A stretch of 64,000 nucleotides of DNA, taken from positions 250,318 to 314,317 of the forward strand of contig CAYUYE010000002.1 in NCBI GenBank assembly GCA_964449255.1, in the 5' to 3' direction. Source of the DNA: an uncultured Nitrospira sp. Lineage in GTDB: Bacteria; Nitrospirota; Nitrospiria; Nitrospirales; Nitrospiraceae. This document shows, one piece after another, positions 19,101 to 28,559 of the stretch. The position numbers and the translations under genes were made by a program. Positions within the stretch are counted from its first letter, which is position 1. The number at the start of each line of letters is the position of its first letter. Under the pieces are notes generated by a model. That model was not told where the DNA came from, ran no database searches, and worked only from the letters and a program-made list of their open reading frames with translations.

Positions 19101-20538
19101 GGATCCCAAACATCCCGGCGGATGGGGCACGGTCTTGATCGGTGGGTTCCGGATGGGAGGCAGTTGCGGCCAATGCACGGCCGGGTCTGGTGGTCCTCCC
19201 ATGACCGTCAATATCAGCGGGACGAACCGAACGTTCTATAGCGCGTACTTCGTGATGGACATCACCGATCCGGAGTCCCAACCGAAGCTGTTGATGAGCT
19301 TCAGTGACGCAGGATTGGGATTTACGACCAGCACTCCGGGGCTGGTGCGAGTAAGTCCTTCTTCCGACGTTCCGCTGAATGCCGCCAACGCCAAGTGGTA
19401 CATGTTGATCGGGTCCGGGCCGAACGGATACAACGCTGATCTCAGCACGGGCAATCAGACCCCGAGACTCTATGCAGTCGATCTCAAGGCCGGACCTGGG
19501 GTCGGGAATAGTCTAGTGACCGCCATGCCATTTGGAACATGGAAATCGTTCATGTCCGATGTCGTCAGCATGGACAGGGATCTGGACTATCGGGTCGACA
19601 TGGCCTACATGGGGCGGACCATCCACGACGGTGGGCTGCCCTGGAGAGGCAAGCTGTATCGGCTGTCCATTAAAGGCTGCGCCACTGCGCCTTGTTCACC
19701 CAATACGTGGGGTGTGGCAAACGGCACTGGGCGGCAACCAACCGAAATCGTAGACATGTTCAAGGACAAGCTAGGGGTGATGCGGGAGGCTGGTCCAATC
19801 ACCGCGTCTCCTGTGGTCACGCTTGATGATGGAAACGACAACTGGGTGTTCTTCGGAACCGGGCGGTATTTCAACGCCTCGGACAAGGTGAATACTGAGC
19901 AGCAGTATTTGTTCGGGGTCAAAGACTCGGTGGCAAAAGGAACGTGCGTCGAGGCGGGTACCACCAATTGTCAAAGCGATAATTTGGTCGATGTCTCGGA
20001 TGCCGTCCTGTGCATCACTTGTTCGGGTGGTCTGACTAATCAAGTCAGTGGTGTCACCGGTGCCTCCGATTTTCAAAGCATGATTGGGCTGGTGCAGAGT
20101 AGTCACGGCTGGTTCGCCAAGCTGAAGACGGCCGGGGAGCGAGCCATTGTGCCGCCCACTTTGATCGGAGGCACGATCTTCTTCCCGACCTTCATCCCGA
20201 CGAACGATATCTGTGCCTCGACAGGACTAAGCAAGCTGTACGCGATGTACTACAAGACAGGGACTGCGTACAAAGACCCAATCTTGGGGACTACGCCAAG
20301 CGGCGGCGACGCCAACGCCAATACGTCGGTGAGTTTGGGCAGCGGGTTGGCCTCGTCGGTCGTGGTGCAGATCATCTCCGATCCGAAAGGACCTGCCCCC
20401 TGTCCGAGCCCACCGTGTTCGCCGACGAACGCGATGTTGTTCATTCATACGGACTCCGGCGCGACCGTGGGCCAAGGTGCCAACCTGATCGGGAAACCGT
20501 GGAGCCGGTATCTGACCTGGTTGCATCAGCGGGATTAA
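16123..20538 (+). CDS. pilY1: PilY1-like pilus tip adhesin with N-terminal vWA domain (1471 aa)
   Basis: A GAGGAGGG RBS precedes ATG 16123. The signal peptide is MKSTWMALALAMAALSAPTAIGQA and the MIDAS motif is ILIVMDNSGSM. Two DxDxDxxxD / DxNxDxxxD calcium-loop motifs are present, with a propeller-like C-terminal part. Its position after pilX fits PilY1. Confidence 0.8.
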   Translation: MDSRTMKSTWMALALAMAALSAPTAIGQAQTLADYQAQPPFVADVVPPNILIVMDNSGSMTNRACESANCGLLGGVPSTNTNFWSATTYSGFFNTMGCYIYDATDNRFEPSSTKASIGAICGATEWDGNFLNWAVFRRFDAVKKAMIGNDCVVARATDGTCPPTGTPALSTIKAQARFDGTSEGHETTPSIPRTATGTQSSYLGRIPVSVAQGGTGTNPNDLWIHLRGGTSGMQGRFCVDNDNNAPGSTETACNRNGGGGDGDAYNETANYFQIRIALTGPAEGVIHQIGSKARFGLAVFNNDGSNNGMRILNGLGSRQSIDFTGSVVETFNDNTAAMVDAVEEAWPATWTPLAETLYEAARYVAQINSAFYPAQYVYPIAFSGGNSNGANFGSNGVGSFGAPEIKATTGTETCPSQYIGDACGRDPFFYGSNHTPAWASTSSEVRCCKTFIMVFTDGEPTQDQGVPGVLQNYAGAISGVPCVGGNTTIHAPNGTCNTNPNTPASILMGEHKTDYGSNGTHHLNDVAYWVHRNDLRQATIPVLNVPGHDLQGFQNVTVYTFFAFGTIAGRELMMHAAQQGGFEDTNGNWVPDLPVEWDKINNRDGTSGSTVAGCNADCIPDTYFESSNIDDLQDRLLAALTAILRKSASGSSVSVLASSITGDGALYQAYFYVSDVGTGGTDVKWLGFTEGLFIDRYGNLREDTVQDGRLVLKDDLIITTRYIDNQADPNYGKVLVDKYLDGDGDGVADTSTPTVASQELKDIKPIWEAGKRLALTPSASRNIITWVDVNNDKVVDAGEQMDFSTVNSATLAPYLRATAGLYNENNIINFIRGDAITGMRPRTMDVNNGGTVSPMVWKYGDPIHSPPTLVGIPRANFDLIYGDGTYSTFFQQYRNRRQMIYVGANDGMLHAFNAGYYHSGDDPTTVNTIENGWFTKNPTDNSSGQELGQELWAYVPYELLPQLKFLTQADYTHVYFVDLKPKVVDVQLWPLTGDPKHPGGWGTVLIGGFRMGGSCGQCTAGSGGPPMTVNISGTNRTFYSAYFVMDITDPESQPKLLMSFSDAGLGFTTSTPGLVRVSPSSDVPLNAANAKWYMLIGSGPNGYNADLSTGNQTPRLYAVDLKAGPGVGNSLVTAMPFGTWKSFMSDVVSMDRDLDYRVDMAYMGRTIHDGGLPWRGKLYRLSIKGCATAPCSPNTWGVANGTGRQPTEIVDMFKDKLGVMREAGPITASPVVTLDDGNDNWVFFGTGRYFNASDKVNTEQQYLFGVKDSVAKGTCVEAGTTNCQSDNLVDVSDAVLCITCSGGLTNQVSGVTGASDFQSMIGLVQSSHGWFAKLKTAGERAIVPPTLIGGTIFFPTFIPTNDICASTGLSKLYAMYYKTGTAYKDPILGTTPSGGDANANTSVSLGSGLASSVVVQIISDPKGPAPCPSPPCSPTNAMLFIHTDSGATVGQGANLIGKPWSRYLTWLHQRD

Positions 20539-20539
20539 T

Positions 20540-21619
20540 GTGCCGAGTGCTACGCCGAAAATAACGTCTCGGGGACGGTGGCAGCCGAAGTCAAAAGCGT
20601 CGGCTCCGCCACCTCCCCTCCTCGGGGACCTCAAGGACGAGCGGGCTCCGGTTCGGGCGGGACGGATCCGTCCCTATCTGTTGACCGGGGCCGCCTGTCT
20701 TCCGCTGCTCGCGGGGCTATGGATCTGGTTTGAACTGCCAACCACACCAGTCGTTCCGGTAGCGTCCTCCGCAACCTCCGCGCCATCGCATTCTGCCGGA
20801 CCAACGATTCAGTCGGTTCGAGTCGTACCTGACGGCGAGGCCGGCGCTCTGACCGTGCGGGCGGACGAAGCAGCAGCGGGTCGTCTTCCCGATGGGACGC
20901 GTCTGCAATGGTATGCCAATGAGAAGCCTCTGCCCGGGCAGACTGCTGCCGTCCTTCCAGCCGGGATGGTGAAGAGGGACGACCGGGTCTTGGTGGAGGT
21001 GACCTCGAACTATGGAGCACTCGATGCCTCGGTGCTGAGATCTCCGGTGTTTGTCTTTGGCAACGTGGCCCCGGTCGTCCTCAAGGCGACCATTGATCCT
21101 TCGAGTCCTCGCGCCGGGGATCGGCTCCGTGTGCTGGTGGAAGTGACGGATGTCGATCAGGATGAGGTGAGCCTATCGATCCGATGGTCCAAGAATGGGA
21201 CCTTGGTGCAGGACGGGCCCTCCCATACGCTGGATGTCGAGGGGATCGTCAGGGGTGATCATGTCGTCGTCGAAGTCGTTCCCGCTGACGGTCATGTCGA
21301 CGGGGTTGCGGTCAAATCGGCGGAAGTGATGATCGGCAACAGTGTCCCCCAAATAACCTCCACTCCGAAGTTTGCTGCTGATGGCCATCAGTTGCAGTCT
21401 GTGATCGTGGCCGTGGATCCGGATCATGATCCGGTACGATATCGGCTGGCGGCTGGTCCCTCGGGCATGACTGTTGATCCATCGAGCGGGCGTTTGGTGT
21501 GGACTCCGCCGGCGGGGATACAAGGTCCCCAACGAGTGCGCGTTGAAGCGCTGGACGATCACGATGGGGTCGCCGTTCAAGAATTCGAAGTGACCGTGCC
21601 CCGATCTCCTGCGTCATAG
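20540..21619 (+). CDS. membrane-anchored protein with repeated Ig/cadherin-like (He_PIG/CADG-type) domains
   Basis: The GTG start lies 2 nt after the pilY1 stop. It has one N-terminal TM helix (YLLTGAACLPLLAGLWIWF), repeated D-x-V-x-VEV segments, and a PSGMTVDPSSGRLVWTPPAG motif. The start codon is uncertain. Confidence 0.55.
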   Translation: MPSATPKITSRGRWQPKSKASAPPPPLLGDLKDERAPVRAGRIRPYLLTGAACLPLLAGLWIWFELPTTPVVPVASSATSAPSHSAGPTIQSVRVVPDGEAGALTVRADEAAAGRLPDGTRLQWYANEKPLPGQTAAVLPAGMVKRDDRVLVEVTSNYGALDASVLRSPVFVFGNVAPVVLKATIDPSSPRAGDRLRVLVEVTDVDQDEVSLSIRWSKNGTLVQDGPSHTLDVEGIVRGDHVVVEVVPADGHVDGVAVKSAEVMIGNSVPQITSTPKFAADGHQLQSVIVAVDPDHDPVRYRLAAGPSGMTVDPSSGRLVWTPPAGIQGPQRVRVEALDDHDGVAVQEFEVTVPRSPAS

Positions 21620-21762
21620 GGTAGCGGCCCGCATTCTCTTTCCCCTCCCCATGGGTGACGGCATGGGGTGCGGGACCTGTGGCCCGCCCTTGTCTTCCGA
21701 AAAAACCTTCTGCTAACATCTCCTCGATCGGAACTTCTGCGGAGGAGGGACTCCAAACCCGC

Positions 21763-22799
<1,037 letters not shown>

Positions 22800-22800
<1 letters not shown>

Positions 22801-23267
22801 TGGCCATTTGGGTGTCCTCGCGGGTGCGCCGTCCGTCCGTTCGGGCGCAGGCGGTTGCACGGATGGTCAGCCGCATGCTCCGCCTGCTGCGACAACCCCA
22901 GGCCGAGGTGAGTATCCTGTTCAGCGGGGACCTGGCCATGCGCCGGCTCAACCGCACCTATCGCCGCAAGGATCGGACCACGGACGTGCTGGCCTTCGCT
23001 GCCTCGGACGCGGATATGATGCGCTCGCACCTTCCCGGATTGGGCGACGTCGTGGTCTCGCTACCGACCGCCAGACGGCAAGCCAGGGCTGCGGGCCATT
23101 CCCTCGACCACGAGTTGACCTTGCTGCTGGCCCATGGGATTCTGCATCTGTGCGGCTACGATCACGAACGAAGTCCGCGGGAGGCGCGCCGGATGTTCCG
23201 GAAGCAAGCCGCCCTCGTGGCGGCCGTGGGACGAGGCGTGCGCCTCTGTTCCCGTGCGAAGGGATAG
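22800..23267 (+). CDS. ybeY: rRNA maturation endoribonuclease YbeY
   Basis: The ATG overlaps the phoH stop (TAATG). It has the HGILHLCGYDHE zinc motif, and phoH-ybeY synteny is conserved. Confidence 0.9.
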
Positions 23268-23276
23268 GTCATTGCG

Positions 23277-24212
23277 ATGGGATGGTTCGATCGGCTGAGC
23301 GATGGGTTGGCGAAGACACGGCTAGCGGTGCGAGGGTCGTTGGACCGTCTGCTGGGCAGAGGACCGGATCCGGCCGCCCTCGAAGAGCTTGAAAGCGCGC
23401 TGATCCAAGCCGATCTCGGGGTGAAGACGGTGGATCGGTTGATGGAGGGCGTACGCGCCGCGTACCTGTCGAGGGAGAGCGCCTCGCGGGACGTGCGGGC
23501 CTTGCTGGAGCGTGGGCTGCTGGACATCCTGCGCGGATCCGAAGGAGAGCCGCTTCTCGCCAAGATCCAGGCTGGGCCTCGTCCCTTTGTCATTCTTGCC
23601 GTCGGCGTCAACGGCGTAGGCAAAACCACCACGGTCGCCAAGATGGCCCAACGGTTCAAGCAGGCGGGGCTTCAACCGTTGCTCGTCGCGGCGGATACGT
23701 TTCGCGCTGCCGCCATCGAACAGCTGCAGGTGTGGGCACAACGCATCGGCGTCGACGTGGTGCATCAGCGGTCCGGGTCCGATCCGGCTGCGGTCGTCTT
23801 CGATGGGCTGACGGCGGCCAAATCTCGACAAGTCGACGTTGTGTTGATCGATACGGCCGGTCGGCTGCATACCAAATCCAACCTTATGGACGAACTGCGC
23901 AAGGTGGCTCGCGTCATCGCCCGGGAATTACCGGGGGCTCCGCATGAAGTGCTGCTCGTGCTTGACGCCACCGTGGGGCAGAACGCCATTGCCCAAGCCA
24001 CTCAATTCCACGAAGCCGTCGGTGTGAGCGGGATCGCCCTCACGAAATTGGACGGCACGGCGCGGGGTGGGGTCGTCGTGGCGATTGCCGAAGCCCTTAA
24101 GGTCCCCGTCAGGCTCATTGGGGTCGGCGAGGCCGCGGAGGATCTTCAAGACTTCCGAGCCGTAGAATTCGTGCAGGCGCTGCTGGGCCCTGAGCCATCC
24201 GGTCAGAACTGA
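23277..24212 (+). CDS. ftsY: signal recognition particle receptor FtsY (NG domains only)
   Basis: SRP-GTPase motifs are present: GVNGVGKTTT, DTAGRLH, TKLDGTARGG. Confidence 0.95.
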   Translation: MGWFDRLSDGLAKTRLAVRGSLDRLLGRGPDPAALEELESALIQADLGVKTVDRLMEGVRAAYLSRESASRDVRALLERGLLDILRGSEGEPLLAKIQAGPRPFVILAVGVNGVGKTTTVAKMAQRFKQAGLQPLLVAADTFRAAAIEQLQVWAQRIGVDVVHQRSGSDPAAVVFDGLTAAKSRQVDVVLIDTAGRLHTKSNLMDELRKVARVIARELPGAPHEVLLVLDATVGQNAIAQATQFHEAVGVSGIALTKLDGTARGGVVVAIAEALKVPVRLIGVGEAAEDLQDFRAVEFVQALLGPEPSGQN

Positions 24213-24355
24213 TCGCACCCCTGTCCGTCGGCTACACCAAACCGCTCGAACGCGTTGTTTTCTTGTCATATCGTGCCCTTGTGATAGGCTCCTAGCAGGG
24301 TTCCACCGTGCTGCGCCCGGCGGCCCGCTGTAGTGTCCGAAGGAGGATCGCGACG

Positions 24356-25141
24356 ATGTTGACGATGTTGGTGATCGATGATGACCGGCTCAATTGTGAG
24401 CTGATTCAGGCCGTGTTTTCCCGTCAAGGCTACCACGTCATGACCGCGACAAGCGGGCGAGAAGGCATTGAAGTATTCGACACCCAGCATCCCAGCGTGA
24501 CGTTGCTCGACCTGCGCATGCCCGAAATGGACGGCCTCGCGGTCCTGAAGGAAATCCGCTCGCGCGATCCCTATGCCCCGGTAGTCATGATCGGCGCGGG
24601 TGCCACCGACCTGCATGAAAATGTGGCGCGTGAACTCGGGGTGACCGATTTCCTGCGGAAGGGCCTCTCGCTGAGCGTGCTGATGCGAACGGTCAATGAC
24701 GCCGCCCAACTCTCGGTGCGCGTGCCCATCCCGTCGCCGTCAGCATCGGGCCAAGTTTCCAGGCAAGATACGCAGGAGTCGATCCTTGTGGTCGATGACG
24801 AACCGATGGTGCGCGATCTCCTCGTTCGTTTCCTCAGCATGCGCGGGTATCGAGTTCAGGGGGCCTCCTCCGGGGCTGAAGCCTTGGAGTGCGTTGAAGC
24901 CTCCCAACCTGACATTATCCTGCTCGATATCGTGATGCCGCAGATGGACGGGATCGAGGTCATCAAGACCCTCCAAGCCCGCGCCTTCGGCGGCGGCATC
25001 GTCGTGTTGACGGGCAGCCAGAACCAAGACGAGCTGCAGCAAATGTGGGAACTGGGGGTCCAGGAAGTCTTGTTCAAGCCGGTGGACCTCGATCGACTCC
25101 TGACTGCCGTGCAGCTGGTCTTGGTCTGCCGCGAGTGTTGA
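24356..25141 (+). CDS. response regulator with two receiver (REC) domains and no output domain
   Basis: Two CheY-like units are present (LVIDDD...LLDLRMPEMDG and LVVDDE...LLDIVMPQMDG). The start could also be 24308. Confidence 0.8.
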   Translation: MLTMLVIDDDRLNCELIQAVFSRQGYHVMTATSGREGIEVFDTQHPSVTLLDLRMPEMDGLAVLKEIRSRDPYAPVVMIGAGATDLHENVARELGVTDFLRKGLSLSVLMRTVNDAAQLSVRVPIPSPSASGQVSRQDTQESILVVDDEPMVRDLLVRFLSMRGYRVQGASSGAEALECVEASQPDIILLDIVMPQMDGIEVIKTLQARAFGGGIVVLTGSQNQDELQQMWELGVQEVLFKPVDLDRLLTAVQLVLVCREC

Positions 25142-25171
25142 GAATTCATCGAAGTTTGGGTAGGGTGAGCT

Positions 25172-27436
25172 GTGGCCCTACCCTGGTCCGTCCGCTTTAC
25201 CCATCTTCTTGCTGCCGGCTGTGTCCTGTGGGGTCTTTGCCCTGCAAGTAAGACCATTGCCGGGAGCCGGCCGACCGAAAAGGCCCCTCCCTCCTCGATC
25301 TCCAGCTCCCTGAGCCATCACGATCTTGCCGTCACGCTGGACCCGCCGACCCATCGGCTCGTCGCGCGTGACGCCACGACGCTTCACCTCGGCCCTTCCG
25401 CTCAATCGCCGCTCGAATTCGCCCTCGCCCCCACGCTCCGCGTGACCCGCCTGCGCGCTCACCAAGCGGGGCGTCAGATCCCGCTGACCTTTCAGAGCGC
25501 GACACGTGCCTCCACAGCATTAGCGGGAGAACCGACACAGATCGTCACCATCCGATTCACCGAGGCGGTCGCCGAAGGGCCGATGTCGCTCGAGTGGCAG
25601 TACGAAGGCACGATTCACGATCCCCCGCGCGAACCTCGTCATCTGCGGTTTGTCACCCCGAGCGAGACGTCCGGCCACATTGGGGTCGAAGGGATCTACC
25701 TGAGCGGGGAGTCGCAATGGTATCCCGACCAGCCTGGCGCGCTGCCGACCTTTGGCGTCCAGGTCACGTTACCGGCCGGGTGGGTCCCCGTGACACATGG
25801 CCGTCAGGTGGACGCCGTCCTTGATCAGGCCGAGCCCACCAAGACCGCGACAACGACGTGGGAGGTTCCGGACCAGACCGAGGCACTCAGCCTGGTGGCT
25901 AACCAATTCATCCAGACCGTTCGTGAGTGGAAGACGCGCGACGGTCAGACGGTGCGGCTGGAAACCGACCTCCTGCCCGAGAATGCGTCTCTCGCTCAAG
26001 AGTATCTAGATGCCTCCGCGCGGTATATCGATGCCTATACCCAACTGCTGGGGCCGTATCCCTTCTCCAAATTTGCGGTCGTGGAGAATTTTTTTTCGAG
26101 CGGGTTGGGGATGCCCTCATTTACCCTCCTGGGCAGCGGGATCATCAAGCGTCATTACGTGCAACCCTACGCGTTGGGCCATGAGATTGTGCATTCCTGG
26201 ATCGGCAATGCCGTCTTCAATCGCCAGGGGACAGGCAACTGGGTCGAAGGCCTAACGACCTATCTGGCGAACTATTACTACGATGAGTTGACCGGCCATG
26301 TCGATCAGGCCAAGGAGCAGCGGCGGCTGATGTTGGCTAGCTATGCGGTCTACGTGGCGCCGGATGGGGACTATCCGGTCAGGGAATTCCAGCGCAAGAC
26401 CGATCAACGGGACAATGCCATCGGCTACCAGAAGGCCGCCATGATCTTCCATCTGTTACGCCGCGAAGTCGGCGAGTCCGCCTTCTGGTCGGCGATCAAA
26501 CGGCTGGGCGAGCAGCATCGAGGACAACAGTTGGACTGGCAGGATCTCGAGTCGCTGTTCGGCGAAGCACACGGGTCCTCGTTAAGGCCGTTTTTCTCGC
26601 AATGGATCGACCAGCCGGGGGCCCCGCAGCTGTCGATGACCGCGACGGCCACGTCAGGAGGGCAGCTTGCGGACGCCGTCGCAGCACCCCAGGAGCTGCT
26701 GATACGCATTGAGCAATCGTCGGACAATCCCTTTCGGCTGACGCTGCCGATCAGAGTGCGGGGAGCAAATGGGGCGCACTATGACGCCACCGTCTCGCTG
26801 GGGGCACCGGCGGAGACCGTTCGACTCACGGTTCCGTTTCACCCTCGAGACGTGCAGCTCGACCCGGAGTTTCACGTCATGCGCCGCCTGGATCGGGCCG
26901 ACCTCCCGCCGATGCTCAATGTGCTGGCCACGGACAGCCGCCGGACGGTCGTCCTGGCGTCGGCCCGCAATGGCGAGGAGGCCAGCGTGTATCGCCGGAT
27001 CGTTGAGCGGTTGACGGCGCAGGAGACCGGGAGCCAGGCCACTCCCCCCACGACGGTCGTGGAACGGTTCGAAGCTGGAACTGAGACGGCGGCAGGGTCG
27101 GTGCTCTTCCTTGGGGTGGATCAGCAAGCGAGTTGGGCCGCCGAGGCGGAGGCGGCCTGCGCACAGCGGGTGCGCTACGCGGAGGAATCAGTCACCGTCG
27201 ACGGGACTTCGTACGAAGGGCCGCACCTGGCCCTCTTGGTCAGTTGCCCGCGCCGAGGTCACCCCGGCCACGTGGCGACACTGTTCTATGGCGCCACGCC
27301 GCAGGCCGCGGGGAAGGTTGCGCGGCTCTTGTTCTTTTATGGCTGGCAGAGCTACCTTGTCTTCCGCGACGGGGCGGTCGTGGGCCGCGGGGATTTTGGA
27401 GAGATTGGGTACAACGTACAGGTGAGACGTGATTAA
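25172..27436 (+). CDS. M1-family (aminopeptidase N-like) zinc metallopeptidase
   Basis: It has an HEIVHSW HEXXH motif with downstream WVEGLTTY (the E of HEXXH-X18-E) and an N-terminal signal-like segment. Confidence 0.75.
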   Translation: MALPWSVRFTHLLAAGCVLWGLCPASKTIAGSRPTEKAPPSSISSSLSHHDLAVTLDPPTHRLVARDATTLHLGPSAQSPLEFALAPTLRVTRLRAHQAGRQIPLTFQSATRASTALAGEPTQIVTIRFTEAVAEGPMSLEWQYEGTIHDPPREPRHLRFVTPSETSGHIGVEGIYLSGESQWYPDQPGALPTFGVQVTLPAGWVPVTHGRQVDAVLDQAEPTKTATTTWEVPDQTEALSLVANQFIQTVREWKTRDGQTVRLETDLLPENASLAQEYLDASARYIDAYTQLLGPYPFSKFAVVENFFSSGLGMPSFTLLGSGIIKRHYVQPYALGHEIVHSWIGNAVFNRQGTGNWVEGLTTYLANYYYDELTGHVDQAKEQRRLMLASYAVYVAPDGDYPVREFQRKTDQRDNAIGYQKAAMIFHLLRREVGESAFWSAIKRLGEQHRGQQLDWQDLESLFGEAHGSSLRPFFSQWIDQPGAPQLSMTATATSGGQLADAVAAPQELLIRIEQSSDNPFRLTLPIRVRGANGAHYDATVSLGAPAETVRLTVPFHPRDVQLDPEFHVMRRLDRADLPPMLNVLATDSRRTVVLASARNGEEASVYRRIVERLTAQETGSQATPPTTVVERFEAGTETAAGSVLFLGVDQQASWAAEAEAACAQRVRYAEESVTVDGTSYEGPHLALLVSCPRRGHPGHVATLFYGATPQAAGKVARLLFFYGWQSYLVFRDGAVVGRGDFGEIGYNVQVRRD

Positions 27437-28559
27437 GCGAATGATGCAAGGGACGACGCTACTCATCATTGTGATCGGCGGATTGACGCAAGCCGCGTGG
27501 GCGGCTGGAGAGCCCGAGCCGCCGGCTACGGCCGGTGCGAAGGCCGTCGCTGGGGCCGAACGGCACCTTTCCAACATCCGACAACTCACGTTCGGACGAC
27601 AAAATGCCGAAGCCTACTTTTCGTTCGAAGGGAACAAGCTGATTTTTCAATCCACGAACGATTGGACCGGCGCCACCGGGGATCCCCTGCCGGCGGTCAA
27701 GGACACACCGCCGAACGGGCTCGGCTGCTACCAGATGTACGTCATGGACTTAGACGCGGGCACGATCCGGATTGTCAGCAAGGGGATCGGTGCGACGACC
27801 TGCGGCTACTTCTTCCCCGGAGGGCGTCGCGTGCTCTACTCCTCCACGCATGGCTCGGGGGCCGGGTGCCCTCCGAAGCCGAATCGCGCGGAGGGGTATC
27901 GATGGGCGCTCGACGACTACGACATCTATTCGACGCGGCTGGACGGCCAACAGCTTCAACGCCTGACCACGACCGCGGGATACGACGCCGAGGCGACGAT
28001 TTCTCCAGACGGCAAGACGATCGTCTGGACGTCGGTGCGGGACGGCGATTTGGATCTCTACGCGATGAACCTCGATGGGACTCACGTGCGGCGGTTGACG
28101 ACCGAGGTGGGCTATGACGGCGGGGCGTTCTTTTCGCCGGACAGCCGGCGCATCGTCTATCGCGCCCAGCACCCGCAGACGGCGGAGGAGGTCGATGAAT
28201 ACCAGGCGCTGCTCAAGCAACGGGTGGTCAAGCCCAACCGGATGGAAATCTTTGTGATGAATGCGGACGGGAGCGGACAGAAGCAAGTGACACACAGCGG
28301 GGCGTCCAACTTCGCGCCGTATTTCCATCCAGATGGCCGGCGCATCATCTATGCGTCGAACGGCGCGGCAGGCGAGCGGGCGTTTCAGCTCTATCTGATC
28401 GGTGACGACGGCACCGGTCTGGAACAGATCACGATGGTGGGGCACTTCAACAGTTTTCCGATGTTTTCCCCCGATGGCACCAAGCTCGTCTGGGTCTCGG
28501 ATCGCCATGCCGCGCAGCCCGGTGAGTTCAACGTCTTTCTGGCCGATTGGGTGCCGTGA
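27429..28559 (+). CDS. periplasmic TolB-like beta-propeller protein (PD40/WD40-like repeats)
   Basis: A signal peptide is followed by repeated SPDG+xIVY/W segments, the PD40 repeat signature. Confidence 0.65.
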   Translation: MIKRMMQGTTLLIIVIGGLTQAAWAAGEPEPPATAGAKAVAGAERHLSNIRQLTFGRQNAEAYFSFEGNKLIFQSTNDWTGATGDPLPAVKDTPPNGLGCYQMYVMDLDAGTIRIVSKGIGATTCGYFFPGGRRVLYSSTHGSGAGCPPKPNRAEGYRWALDDYDIYSTRLDGQQLQRLTTTAGYDAEATISPDGKTIVWTSVRDGDLDLYAMNLDGTHVRRLTTEVGYDGGAFFSPDSRRIVYRAQHPQTAEEVDEYQALLKQRVVKPNRMEIFVMNADGSGQKQVTHSGASNFAPYFHPDGRRIIYASNGAAGERAFQLYLIGDDGTGLEQITMVGHFNSFPMFSPDGTKLVWVSDRHAAQPGEFNVFLADWVP

